The notes: generated from the letters alone by a model not told the origin. 64,000 bases of DNA from Candidatus Kapaibacterium sp. (GCA_963665665.1 OY762428.1:1248001-1312000); one strand, 5' to 3'. Shown: positions 1 through 10,345, numbered from the stretch's first letter. Numbers and translations are program-made.

Positions 1-1
1 T

Positions 2-217
2 ATGATAGTTATGGCAGTTATGGTACTAATTGTGATCTGGGTATTATTCAGGATACTAAAATCAACATCAGTAGTATTTGATATACCAAGTTATAAGGTA
101 TATATTGTTGGATTGATACTTATCATTTTTTTAGTTGCTACAGTATTATCAATATACCAGTACCAATTCTCACTATTCAGATATATTGAATATTTTCTGG
201 ATGTAATGCTGAAATAA
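2..217 (+). CDS. C-terminal fragment of a membrane protein (runs off window start)
   Basis: Open frame from window edge with two hydrophobic segments, stop at 215-217. Confidence 0.6.
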   Translation: MIVMAVMVLIVIWVLFRILKSTSVVFDIPSYKVYIVGLILIIFLVATVLSIYQYQFSLFRYIEYFLDVMLK

Positions 218-693
218 ACAGTAATTATTATTATAAATATTGAAGAGGCGCATTATTCAGCGTCTCTTTTTTTTCTTATTCAAAAGAAATGATTCCGGAC
301 TAACAATAAAAACACTGAATAAACCGCTCTCTGACCAGGGCCGGCTATCAGGATAGGCCTGGTTAATTTTTATAATTTCAGAAATAATAACTGAAAGTGT
401 CAAAATATGATAGATTGAAGCGATAATCCTTTTACAGCCGGACATATTAAGCATTTCATACCTCGTCCGGTAGAAATTCCGTACAAAAAAATTATTACCA
501 TTGCCGGGCATAGCAAACTTCAGTATTTATAAATAAAATATTTACACAGCCAAATCGAATTCCGGAACTTCCTGATCAAAAAATCAATTGATAAAATCGA
601 TCGACAGGACTAATAGATCGAAAATCTATATCAAAAAAGTGAAATTCGGTGTTTTCTGAGTAAAATTTTACCTGAAAAAGTGTCTCGGAAAGG

Positions 694-918
694 ATGGGGG
701 AACGCTCGGCAGACATGAGGGAACGCTCGGCAGGCACGGGGGAACGCTCGGCAGACATGAGGGAACGCTCGGCAGACATGAGGGAACGCTCGGCAGACAT
801 GAGGAAACGCTCGGCAGACATGAGGGAACGCTCGGCAGGCATGAGGGAACGCTCGGCAGACATGGGGGAACGCTCGGCAGGCATGAGGGAACGCTCGGCA
901 GGCATGAGGGAACGCTCG
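694..918. repeat. 21-bp tandem array, consensus ATGAGGGAACGCTCGGCAGAC, 10 full + 1 partial units
   Basis: Read directly; units differ mainly by A/G transitions; lies between convergent genes. Confidence 0.97.
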
Positions 919-1222
919 TATAACACAAAACTATGGTTTTCCGGTGTAGAAAACTGTTACAAAAGAACGCATAAACAGTATTAATACTCATAATATCATA
1001 CAATTACATCAATGGCAACCTATTCAGCTAAATTCCTAAATAAAGATGATCCGTAACGCCGAAATCGTAATATAACCGGGCACTGATTTATCAGAATTTA
1101 ATTAATGAAAGCCCCGGGAAAACATATAATGCTCCCGCAGGGGGAGTATGGGAATTGAAAATTTTCCTGCCTGCCGCCGGTTTTGGGCGTGAGGCAAATG
1201 ACAGCTCCTTATTAACACAAAA

Positions 1223-1255
1223 AATCATCCGATCACCATAAGTAACCGGATGATT
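1223..1255 (-). terminator. TCATCCG-N15-CGGATGA palindrome acting as probable terminator of ricT
   Basis: AATCATCCG..CGGATGATT dyad about 25 bp past the ricT stop; A-run on + gives a U-tail on -. Confidence 0.6.
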
Positions 1256-1277
1256 CAAAATCTGTAATTTCCTGAAA

Positions 1278-2549
1278 CTAATTTTCAGGAATATCTTTAA
1301 TAGAAACTTCTTTAGGTTTATGCTTCCCGTTTCCGTTATGGTGATATCCGTTTTTGCCGTTTATTGGCTTTTGTGTACCATTGCCATTACCGTTTCCATT
1401 CGATGGATAAACTATCTTTCCCTTTTTCTTGTATGCCTCAACTTCCTGAAGGGTCATGCTGGAATAAGCGGATTTTTTATCGTTGTAAAGGTATACAATC
1501 TCTTTGAAAATATCCACTTTAAGGATTTTCAGCCTTCCTTCTTTTGTTGTGATAATAGAATCCGGCGGCGGGAATTTCTTGAAAGCTTCCACATAGTTAT
1601 CATACTCAAACAGCAGGCAGCATTTAAGCCTGCCACAGGATCCGCTAAGCTTGGCCACATTGTTGGAAAGCTGCTGCAATTTCGCATGTTCCAAAGTAAC
1701 ATGGGAGAACTCCCTGAGGAATGAAGTACAGCACAATGTAAGCCCGCAAGCCCCCGAACCGCAGCCCAGTCGTTTTGTTTCCTCACGCGAGCTAATCTGA
1801 CGAAGCTCAATCCTGGTTTTGAAAGTACGCGCAAGTTCTTTCACCAGTTCACGAAAATCTATCCTTTGCGGAGCTGTAAAAAATATTGTCAGCCTCATTC
1901 TGTCGAATTGCCATTCAGCCTCGGTCACTTTCATATCCAGTCCGAGCCTGTCAACAAATTCCTTGGCTTTTTTTACAACTTCAGATTCTTCTTCTGTATT
2001 ATGTATATGCTGCTCAATGTCCTCACTTTTTGCGCTGCGCAGAATTTTGAATTTTGGCAGCCTGATATGCTTTTCAGATTCATCTTCCTCATCTCTGAGT
2101 TTTTTCATCTTGCTGATAGTAGACACGCAGCAGTTAGACACCCGCCCTGCGTCAATCCCGTTTTCAGTTTCCACGATAACCAGCTCTGAACCTTTAAGCT
2201 GAAGACGTTTATCATTTCTGAAAGCCATCTTCCGATTGCCTTTGAAGAGCACTTCTGCTACCGGGATATCATTTTCTTTTAAATTGTCATAAACCCTGTA
2301 ATCATCGTTGGTTATTATCTGATCGCCAAATGTCTGAATTCTGTTTTTTATACATGGTATTCCAAGCTGCTGGTCGTTTATTTCATGAAAATCTATGCTG
2401 TCATTATTATCATTATTTCCGTTATTATTGTTTCCTCTGCCATTGATTTTATTATTTTTTAATTCTTCATCCCTTTGGTTATCTATTATTTTGTAATATT
2501 CCTTTTGATTTTCTTTATATGTATCCGGAACGTCTTTATTTTGATCCAT
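1278..2549 (-). CDS. ricT: PSP1-domain / RicT (YaaT) family Fe-S protein
   Basis: RIDFRELVKELA..TRIELRQI and GACG..CC..F..SGSCGRLKCCL motifs; downstream of holB as in the conserved holB-yaaT synteny. Confidence 0.88.
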   Translation of the reverse strand: MDQNKDVPDTYKENQKEYYKIIDNQRDEELKNNKINGRGNNNNGNNDNNDSIDFHEINDQQLGIPCIKNRIQTFGDQIITNDDYRVYDNLKENDIPVAEVLFKGNRKMAFRNDKRLQLKGSELVIVETENGIDAGRVSNCCVSTISKMKKLRDEEDESEKHIRLPKFKILRSAKSEDIEQHIHNTEEESEVVKKAKEFVDRLGLDMKVTEAEWQFDRMRLTIFFTAPQRIDFRELVKELARTFKTRIELRQISSREETKRLGCGSGACGLTLCCTSFLREFSHVTLEHAKLQQLSNNVAKLSGSCGRLKCCLLFEYDNYVEAFKKFPPPDSIITTKEGRLKILKVDIFKEIVYLYNDKKSAYSSMTLQEVEAYKKKGKIVYPSNGNGNGNGTQKPINGKNGYHHNGNGKHKPKEVSIKDIPEN

Positions 2550-2640
2550 TTTATTAATCCGTTCATTATGTAATCTATGTATATCTTTAATTGAGAAAGT
2601 ACGTCATTTCAAAAAATTCAAGCTGCAATTTAATAATTTA

Positions 2641-3789
2641 TTAACTCTTTCCAATGAAAATATGCCTGAGTTTCAGAAAAAGCCCCAACAGCATCAAGCC
2701 GGGAGTTATATTTCTGGACATAGTTCCGATAGTTTTTTCAACTTCCCAAACCGCAGCTTCAAAGTCTCTTCCTTTAAAATAACCGATGAATTTAGCAATC
2801 GTTTCATGCTGGTCAAAATTAATCAGTCCGTCGGCAGTACCGGTTCTTGCAAGAATCGCAGCATCTCTGAGCCAAAAATGAAGTAAGCGCAGGTAAGTCT
2901 CAGTTTCACGTTTGTTTTTCAGAGCAGTAATCTTATCAATAAATTCGCAAAGTTCAAGCCTGTATTTCTTTTTTACTGAAGTTCTCAGCATGTTTACAAT
3001 ATCAGTTCTTTTTTCCTGCATCCCCTCGTCCATAAAATCTCTGGCAGCATTGTAGGAGCCTTGCGAGAATGCAGATATTATTGCTGCTTCCTCGGTACTT
3101 ACTCCATGCCTGCTAACAAGTATTTCGCTGATAATCTCATCTTGTATGGGTTCGCACCTTACCTGCTGGCAACGGGACATAATAGTTATCGGAATTGCAC
3201 TAACCTTCGAAGTAGTAAGAATAATAGTGATATTCTCATGTGGTTCTTCAAGTGTTTTCAGGAAAGCATTAGCTGCCTCGGTAGTCATCTCGTCGGCATT
3301 CGAAATAATTACAACCCGCCTTCCTTTCATTGGAGAAGTCATAGCCAGGCTATTCTTTAAATGCCTGATCTGTCCGATTTTTATCTGGCTTGCATTAGGA
3401 ATATTAATCTTATGGTAAGGATCTTTTGACTTTTCATCCAGTTCCTCTCTGATTTTATCAACCTGCTCATTACTCATTCCGGCAAGAGGAGAATCAGCCT
3501 TACTTTTAGGAGTTTTTGGGGTAGGCAAAGAATGGACAAAAATAATATTTGGATGCTTAAACTCTTTCGCCATGCGGCAGGCACTACACTTGCCGCAAGC
3601 CTCAATTTCATTATCAGTTACATTTGGCGACTGACAATTAACGACTTTAGAAAATTCTAAAGCCAAAGCATCCTTGCCAATACCATCCAAACCATGGAAA
3701 CAGTAAGCACCCGGAATACGTTTATCCGCTATGGTTTTCTGCAATATTTTCTTTATACGCTCGTGACCTAATATCTGATGCCAAGCCAT
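2641..3789 (-). CDS. holB: DNA polymerase III subunit delta'
   Basis: W.QILGH start, GxDGIGK P-loop, CGKCSAC zinc motif, AANAFLKTLEEP, TIMSRCQ; ATG at 3789 preferred over the TTG at 3825. Confidence 0.9.
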   Translation of the reverse strand: MAWHQILGHERIKKILQKTIADKRIPGAYCFHGLDGIGKDALALEFSKVVNCQSPNVTDNEIEACGKCSACRMAKEFKHPNIIFVHSLPTPKTPKSKADSPLAGMSNEQVDKIREELDEKSKDPYHKINIPNASQIKIGQIRHLKNSLAMTSPMKGRRVVIISNADEMTTEAANAFLKTLEEPHENITIILTTSKVSAIPITIMSRCQQVRCEPIQDEIISEILVSRHGVSTEEAAIISAFSQGSYNAARDFMDEGMQEKRTDIVNMLRTSVKKKYRLELCEFIDKITALKNKRETETYLRLLHFWLRDAAILARTGTADGLINFDQHETIAKFIGYFKGRDFEAAVWEVEKTIGTMSRNITPGLMLLGLFLKLRHIFIGKS

Positions 3790-3927
3790 ATCTTTTTCAA
3801 TTTTGGTATCAAAACTACGGGGCAATTATTCTCCCCCGAAAAAAATAAAATAGCAAATTTGACTTGAATTTACAATTCGAGTTTTCCACAGCAAACAATT
3901 TAAAGTAAAAGAATCGATTATATAATT

Positions 3928-6120
3928 ATGGCAAAAAAAAATACAAGATCAACAAAATCAAAAGGTAAAACCCAATCCACAGATAATCAGCCTGAGGTTT
4001 TGGATTTAATCGAAAATTCTAAAGATGCTTCTTCCTGCAAACATTCCCGCGGCCCGGCTTGTTCGGTTGAACCTGTTGTTTTTAAAAGCACCGATCCACC
4101 ACATATCGAGCTTGGCCTGAATAAAGATGACCTTTTGTCAGCTCTGAAAAACATGCTGAAATCCAGGATGACCGACGAGAAACATCTGACACTTGTTAAG
4201 CAGGGAAAATCCTTCTTTCATATTGGCGGTTCAGGACATGAAGCAGTACAAACTGCTATTGGAATAGGATTGGAAAGCGGAAAAGACTGGTTCTGGACAT
4301 ACTACCGTGACCTGGCATTGTCGTATGCAGCAGGGTTAACTACTAAAGAGTATTTCCTTCTTGCCCTCGGCAAAGCTGACGATCCTGCGACCGGCGGCAG
4401 GCAAATGCCGAATCACTACGGGCATCCGGTATTGAATATGCCAACCCAGTCATCGCCAACCGGCACTCAATTCCTCAACGCTGTTGGAACAGCTCTCGCT
4501 TCAAGGAAAAACGGAGCCGATGAAATAACTTATGTTGCCTCCGGTGAAGGAACAACAAGCCAGGGAGAATTTTATGAAGCAATAAACTGGGCATCAAGGG
4601 AAAAACTGCCTGTAATGTTCTGCATTCAGGATAATGGATATGCAATATCTGTTCCCCGCGAAAATCAGTCAATGGGTTCTACAGTTGGCCATAGTTTCTG
4701 CTGCTATTCAAATCTGAGGATGAAAACCTTTGACGGTACCGACTTTTTTGAATCGCTCAAAGCAGTAAAGGATTCTGTAGAGTACCTTCGTGCAGGGAAA
4801 GGCCCCGTTCTGCTTCATGCAATGGTGGAAAGGCTTCTGCCCCATTCTTCAAGCGACGACCAGCGAAAATACCGCCCCAAAGAGGAACTTGAGGAAGCAA
4901 AGGAAAAAAGGGATGCAATTACATTTCTTTCCAATTATATGATCGAAAATAATATTATTGAGGAAGAAGAATTCGACCTGCTTAAACGCGAAGTTAAAAA
5001 TGAAATTAACGATGCCGTTGACTGGGCAATGGAACAACCCGACCCGAAAGCTGAAGATGCAACAATGCATATCTTTGCACCCGAGGAAACACGCAAGCTG
5101 GCTTACACCGATAACAAAGAATATTCAAATGATAAAATTGTTCTTGTGGATGCCGTAAACCATGCACTGCACGAAGAAATGAAAAACAACCCTAAAATGC
5201 TGATATTCGGCGAGGACGTTGCCGATCCCAAGGGCGGTGTATTTACTGCCACACGCGGCCTTACTCAGGCCTTCGGAGAAGACAGGGTGTTTAATTCGCC
5301 ACTGGCCGAGGCCTCAATTGTCGGTGTTGCACTTGGTTTGGCGGTCAGGGGTTACAAACCTGTAGTTGAAATCCAGTTCGGGGATTATATATGGCCGGCA
5401 TTTCACCAGTATCGCAATGAAGTATCAACAATGCGTTTCAGATCTAACAATGGTTTTGCTGCTCCGGTTGTAACAAGAGTAGCAGTCGGGGGATATATAC
5501 ACGGCGGCCTATGCCATTCGCAGAATATTGAGGGATTTTTCTCTCACATCCCCGGACTTTTTATTGCATACCCGAGTACCGCCGCAGATGCCAAAGGCCT
5601 GTTGAAAACAGCTATCAGAATACAGGACCCCGTACTATTCCTGGAGCATAAGGGAATGTATCGGCTGCCTTATGCCGCAGGACCCGAACCTGACGAGAAT
5701 CACCTTGTGCCATTTGGCAAAGGCAAAATACTTAAAGAAGGCAGCGACGCAACAATAATCACATGGGGTATGTCCTGCCGTGATTCAATGAATGCTGTTA
5801 AAAAATTCGAACGCGAAAACGGCGGCAGCATAGAAGTAATCGACCTCCGGACAATAGCACCATGGGATAAGGAAATGGTACTGAAATCAATTGCAAAAAC
5901 CAACAGAGCGTTGATAGTTCACGAAGACACAATGTCCATGGGATTTGGAGCAGAGATTTCAGCAACACTGGCCAGGGAAGCATTCAGTGACCTTGACGCA
6001 CCAGTTATGAGAGTGGCTGCCAAAGATTCTCATATCCCTTATTCACCTAATTATGAAAGTGAAGTTCTTCCGAATGAAAAGAAGATAAAAGAAGAACTTG
6101 AAAAACTTATGAAGTTTTAA
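3928..6120 (+). CDS. 2-oxoacid (likely 2-oxoisovalerate) dehydrogenase E1, fused alpha+beta
   Basis: TPP motif GEGTTSQGEF..DN, PHSSSDD, FGEDVA..GGVF, EIQFGDY, HSQ, LEHK, IDLRTIAPWD. Confidence 0.9.
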   Translation: MAKKNTRSTKSKGKTQSTDNQPEVLDLIENSKDASSCKHSRGPACSVEPVVFKSTDPPHIELGLNKDDLLSALKNMLKSRMTDEKHLTLVKQGKSFFHIGGSGHEAVQTAIGIGLESGKDWFWTYYRDLALSYAAGLTTKEYFLLALGKADDPATGGRQMPNHYGHPVLNMPTQSSPTGTQFLNAVGTALASRKNGADEITYVASGEGTTSQGEFYEAINWASREKLPVMFCIQDNGYAISVPRENQSMGSTVGHSFCCYSNLRMKTFDGTDFFESLKAVKDSVEYLRAGKGPVLLHAMVERLLPHSSSDDQRKYRPKEELEEAKEKRDAITFLSNYMIENNIIEEEEFDLLKREVKNEINDAVDWAMEQPDPKAEDATMHIFAPEETRKLAYTDNKEYSNDKIVLVDAVNHALHEEMKNNPKMLIFGEDVADPKGGVFTATRGLTQAFGEDRVFNSPLAEASIVGVALGLAVRGYKPVVEIQFGDYIWPAFHQYRNEVSTMRFRSNNGFAAPVVTRVAVGGYIHGGLCHSQNIEGFFSHIPGLFIAYPSTAADAKGLLKTAIRIQDPVLFLEHKGMYRLPYAAGPEPDENHLVPFGKGKILKEGSDATIITWGMSCRDSMNAVKKFERENGGSIEVIDLRTIAPWDKEMVLKSIAKTNRALIVHEDTMSMGFGAEISATLAREAFSDLDAPVMRVAAKDSHIPYSPNYESEVLPNEKKIKEELEKLMKF

Positions 6121-6153
6121 GACAATTAATAAAAGCAGAATATTAAAATACCG

Positions 6154-6188
6154 ACTCGTTCAGCATATATATTGTTGGACGAGTTTTT
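6154..6188 (+). terminator. Intrinsic terminator
   Basis: ACTCGTTCAGCA..TGTTGGACGAGT followed by T-run, between convergent genes. Confidence 0.7.
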
Positions 6189-6191
6189 ATA

Positions 6192-7370
6192 TCATATAAA
6201 ATCAAGATATTCCCGCAGTGCTTTCTGATTTGTTCCCGTTTCATTTAATTGTTTGTTGCTTTTTGATACTTTCGATGAACGGAAAAACTTGCTACTGTTC
6301 TCTGCCCAGTATTTGAAATAATATGGAATAATTGCCGGAAAATTCCTGCTGCATTTATACCTGTAGGCAATTAATTTTGGAGACTTAAATATCTCTCTCT
6401 TAAAAAATCGTATCTTTCCAATGAAACTTACGTTTTTATATTCTCTTTCAAAAGCAGTACTTGTAGCACCTAAACTTTGGGTATCGGAAGAATTTATTAA
6501 AAGCCATGCGCATTTTTTAATTATGTCATCAAATTCCTCTGAAGCTGGAATTTGATATTTTTCAGGAAAATACCCGGGGATGATATTCATAAATATTGTC
6601 AGTTCTTTCAGGACATTCATCTCTTCAGCTTTTGAAATTAGTTTTTCCGGATCCGGTTTCATACCGGAAATTATGAATGAACAGTCCGACAATACTTTCA
6701 TACCGCCGGCAAGATTATCCCGAAAGCCATGCTCAATGCAATGCAGCAATGTTACTTCCGGTGCCAGAAATGTAACTTCCTGCCCGAGAATATCACCTTC
6801 GCGGCAATTATCCCAGAGTACATCGGCTGAAAACCTATCAGTGTTTTTCTTCCTTTTGGTAATATGGTAGTGCAGTTCGTAAGCATTCCCCAGCTTTGAT
6901 TTCAACATGGGTTTATGAAAATGATGGCCAATTTCTTCAGTTGGTGTAAACCCGTTTTCAACCATCAGATTCCAGGCTGTATCAACTTCATTTTCAGAAA
7001 TAAGAATATCACTATCGCACATAAGCCTGAGAGCCGGATGGGGATAAGCCTTATAAGCAATACATGCTCCTTTCAGCGGAGCAGCCTTAATATGACTATC
7101 ACGAAAAAGCTTCAAAACTGATTTCAATTCATGGGAACGACGCAATTCCATAGCAGAAGCAGCCCTGAACGAAGCAGAAAACTTAGATTTCCAGGGCTCC
7201 GGAATATCATTTTTATTAAAGAAATAAATAAGGTTCCCCAGGTTATTTTTGTCTGCCTGGCTACACAGTTCCTCCCTGTCATCGGTCTTTAATGACAGAA
7301 AAAAATCATTTTCCGATTTTTTAAAAGTATGATATTTAATGAAATCTAATAATAACTTAATGCTTTTCAA
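6192..7370 (-). CDS. Nucleotidyltransferase family protein (NTP_transf_5-like)
   Basis: PLKG..Y..P.LR.M.DSDILI and ELHY motifs; TTG start uncertain. Confidence 0.75.
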   Translation of the reverse strand: MKSIKLLLDFIKYHTFKKSENDFFLSLKTDDREELCSQADKNNLGNLIYFFNKNDIPEPWKSKFSASFRAASAMELRRSHELKSVLKLFRDSHIKAAPLKGACIAYKAYPHPALRLMCDSDILISENEVDTAWNLMVENGFTPTEEIGHHFHKPMLKSKLGNAYELHYHITKRKKNTDRFSADVLWDNCREGDILGQEVTFLAPEVTLLHCIEHGFRDNLAGGMKVLSDCSFIISGMKPDPEKLISKAEEMNVLKELTIFMNIIPGYFPEKYQIPASEEFDDIIKKCAWLLINSSDTQSLGATSTAFEREYKNVSFIGKIRFFKREIFKSPKLIAYRYKCSRNFPAIIPYYFKYWAENSSKFFRSSKVSKSNKQLNETGTNQKALREYLDFI

Positions 7371-7428
7371 ATTTCTGATCCCTATATCACAAAAAAGAAA
7401 AATATGAAGATTTCTTTACAGGTACAAA

Positions 7429-7466
7429 TAAAAAAACCGGATGATCTGTTAAGGACCAACCGGTTT
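7429..7466 (-). terminator. Intrinsic terminator of metal-uptake operon
   Basis: A-run + AACCGG..CCGGTT hairpin just past the HMA gene stop. Confidence 0.6.
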
Positions 7467-7487
7467 CAACTTGTAAGAACAGATTAA

Positions 7488-7838
7488 TTAATCATGTCCG
7501 CCAAGCTGGCAGCATTTGGGCAATTTGTTATATGCCCTTTTCTTCGCCTTTACCTCGTCTGCATTATATCCCGTGCGGGAAATTTTTTCTTTAATATCAT
7601 CAAGCTCAATTTCTTCAGGATCATATTTCACATACATTTCTTTTGTTTCCAGATCGAGATTAGTTTTAATTATCCCGTCCATTTTATTAATAGCTTTTTC
7701 GAGCCTGTCCTTGCACATACCGCACTGTGCAGTTGTTTTTAAATTTACTTCTTTATATTGCTTTTCATCCTGAGCATTCAGGTTAAAAGCAACAAAGATC
7801 ACAGCCAAAATCATTGTCAAAAAATTTATCTTTTTCAT
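7488..7838 (-). CDS. Exported heavy-metal-associated (HMA/MerP-like) protein
   Basis: Signal peptide, QCGMCKDRLE motif, C-terminal AYNKLPKCCQ. Confidence 0.88.
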   Translation of the reverse strand: MKKINFLTMILAVIFVAFNLNAQDEKQYKEVNLKTTAQCGMCKDRLEKAINKMDGIIKTNLDLETKEMYVKYDPEEIELDDIKEKISRTGYNADEVKAKKRAYNKLPKCCQLGGHD

Positions 7839-7855
7839 ACTATTTTCTCCTGTTA

Positions 7856-10345
7856 TTAATCATTAAAAAGAGTCAGCCTGATACCGGCGTATACTTTCCT
7901 GCCCATAACCGGCGCCCATATAATCGATGAATCGAAATATTTCCCGAAAGGTTCCTGCCATGCAAGGATAGGATTTTTCTGGGTATAATCGCCAAGGTTT
8001 TCACCACCGACATATATTTCGAAATCCTTGAATTTCTTGGTAATCTGCCCCATAAATAAAAAGTAAGCATCAAATTCATCCGGGAGGCGGTATTCCACCG
8101 GATTCTGAGAAGTATTAGGAAGCCTTCCGCTGCCTATCCTGTTGGCAGTGAAATCAAATGCCCAGGAATCATCATCAGTTGTATATCCAATATTTATAAA
8201 GGATTTGTTCCTGCTTTGCAGCGGTTTTTCCTCCAGCTTGCCGTTTAGAGTCATTTTTACATCCACCCACCTGTACGCTGCTGTTATTTCCAGTCCGTAT
8301 ATTGGTTCAAGATTCATATCCACCTGAAAAGCATTGGAATATGAGTCGCCATCCAGATTATATATATGAGTTTCGCCGGGTGAACGATCCAGGTCAATTA
8401 TCATCTGGTTTATGAAATTCGTATGGTAAAACTCCGCATTAAAATTTACCGGCAGGTCGAAAATATTAACTTCTGTTGATGCGTTCACACCAAAATTCCA
8501 TGCTTCCTCAGCATCAAGGTCTTCCTCGAAGAAAATTTCACGGGAACTTGCCAGCAAATTGATATTCTCTGCATATACATTCGGAACCCTATAGCCTTTA
8601 CCGGCAGAAGCCCTGATCACATTGTAGTCATCAAACTGATATTTTAAATGGAAACGAGGTGTTACAAATGTTCCGAAATTATTGTGAAAATCAGTTCTCA
8701 GGCCGGTTATCACAGTAAGTTTATCAATTCCGGTAAAAGTATATTCCGCAAAGGCCCCCGGAACAATCTCATTCCTGTACATACTTTGTCCGTTCAGCTC
8801 TTCAATATATTCATCAAATAAAAAACTGATCCCGGTGTTCAATTTGTGATCCGACACCCAATGCCCTACATGTTTTACACAGTTGGGCAGGCCTTCTTCA
8901 TGATCATGCTCTTCCGCGTGGCCGTGCCCTTCGTGGCTGTTATGATCATGCTCTTCCACGTGGCCGTGCCCTTCGTGGTCGTCATGTTCTTCCGCCTCTT
9001 CTGCATGATCGTGGCCTTCATGAGTATCATGTTCTTCCGTCTCTTCTGCATGATCGTGGCCCTCGTGGTCTTCATGCTCCTCGGATTCTTCTGCATGATC
9101 GTGGCCTTCATGGCTGTTATGATCATGCTCACACATATACCCGAATTCCGTATCGAAAAGCAGATTTAAATAGAAAGAATTTTCGTCGGCCTTATAATTA
9201 TTGCTGCCAAAGAAAGCATCCTGCTCGTGCCTGCTGGCCGAAAATAGCAAGGCTAAACTGGAGTGATCGCCAACAAAGAAACCACTCTTGCCAAAGGCTT
9301 CATAGCGCCTGGTATTAATTTCCATACCGTAAAGATCGTTATTATCGCTGCCGAAATATCCTTTCTGCCCGCCTCTTCTTTCTTCACTCAAAGCCTTAAC
9401 GCCAAATTGAGTATGGCCCAGAGAATGGTCATAAGTCCACCTGTTCATAAAATTGATCTGTCTCGTTGTCGGCATATCAAGAAAAGTATCATCATTGTGG
9501 TCAATCTCAGTTTGCATCTGGCTGACATGAGCAAAAATTGCCGTCCCTAGATTCTCACTAACTTTTATTGAAGAGTTCAGGTTGGCCTCGAGCCTTGCGG
9601 CATCATTTGCAAACAGATTTATAAATAGTGGTTCACCTGTATTTGGCTTTTTATAATCAACGCTGATCTGTCCGGTTATTGATTCATAGCCTGTAGCAAC
9701 CGAAGCAGCCCCTTTGGAAATGGCAATCGATTCCATCCATGACCCGGGAACGTAGTTCAGCCCGAAAGTATTAGCCAGGCCACGCATCAAAGGAATCTTT
9801 TCAGTCAGCATCTGCGAATATATTCCCGCCAGCCCAAGAAGTTCTATCTGTTTCGCACCGGTTACAGCATCACTATATGATACATCAACAGATGGATTGG
9901 TTTCAAAACTTTCCGCCAGGTTGCAGCAGGCAGCTTTTCTTAAGCCGTGGCCGCCTATCCTGTCGGTACGTATATCATCGTTAAAATTGATAAGAGTTGC
10001 AGTTTCATTTGCTGTTACAACTACTTCGTCGGTGCTGTAACTCGATTCCAGGACAACTTCAATATTGTCAACAGTTGATGATATTGATATGGTATCCTTC
10101 ATATATCCGGTGTAGGATACAATCAAATTATTACTGTTGTCGGGTTTTGGGATTGAGAACTTACCCTCTCTGTCTGCAAGAGTGCCTTTTTTTGTACCCA
10201 TCCAGAACAATGTTGCTTTCGGAAGTATGTCTTTCTTCCCTTCAGCATCTATACCATATACAACACCATTAACGGTATTTGGTTCGGCATTCAAATCTGT
10301 AAAAATTCCAAGCGTTAATAATATTATAAATATCTTTTTCATCAT
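7856..10345 (-). CDS. TonB-dependent receptor with His-rich insertion
   Basis: Signal peptide, carboxypeptidase-like N-domain, KAACCNLAESFETNPSVDV plug, beta-barrel C-terminus ending YAGIRLTLFND. Confidence 0.92.
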   Translation of the reverse strand: MMKKIFIILLTLGIFTDLNAEPNTVNGVVYGIDAEGKKDILPKATLFWMGTKKGTLADREGKFSIPKPDNSNNLIVSYTGYMKDTISISSTVDNIEVVLESSYSTDEVVVTANETATLINFNDDIRTDRIGGHGLRKAACCNLAESFETNPSVDVSYSDAVTGAKQIELLGLAGIYSQMLTEKIPLMRGLANTFGLNYVPGSWMESIAISKGAASVATGYESITGQISVDYKKPNTGEPLFINLFANDAARLEANLNSSIKVSENLGTAIFAHVSQMQTEIDHNDDTFLDMPTTRQINFMNRWTYDHSLGHTQFGVKALSEERRGGQKGYFGSDNNDLYGMEINTRRYEAFGKSGFFVGDHSSLALLFSASRHEQDAFFGSNNYKADENSFYLNLLFDTEFGYMCEHDHNSHEGHDHAEESEEHEDHEGHDHAEETEEHDTHEGHDHAEEAEEHDDHEGHGHVEEHDHNSHEGHGHAEEHDHEEGLPNCVKHVGHWVSDHKLNTGISFLFDEYIEELNGQSMYRNEIVPGAFAEYTFTGIDKLTVITGLRTDFHNNFGTFVTPRFHLKYQFDDYNVIRASAGKGYRVPNVYAENINLLASSREIFFEEDLDAEEAWNFGVNASTEVNIFDLPVNFNAEFYHTNFINQMIIDLDRSPGETHIYNLDGDSYSNAFQVDMNLEPIYGLEITAAYRWVDVKMTLNGKLEEKPLQSRNKSFINIGYTTDDDSWAFDFTANRIGSGRLPNTSQNPVEYRLPDEFDAYFLFMGQITKKFKDFEIYVGGENLGDYTQKNPILAWQEPFGKYFDSSIIWAPVMGRKVYAGIRLTLFND
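8879..9133 (-). repeat. Coding 42/45-bp repeats giving five HEGH(D/G)H motifs between two Cys
   Basis: Direct translation: about 24 His in an 85-aa segment. Confidence 0.92.

Noticed and set aside
576-1003. Three overlapping repetitive ORFs (AERSLMP, CLPSVPS, MRERSAD)
   Set aside because: A stop-free 21-mer opens several frames at once; no evidence favours any one as a gene.
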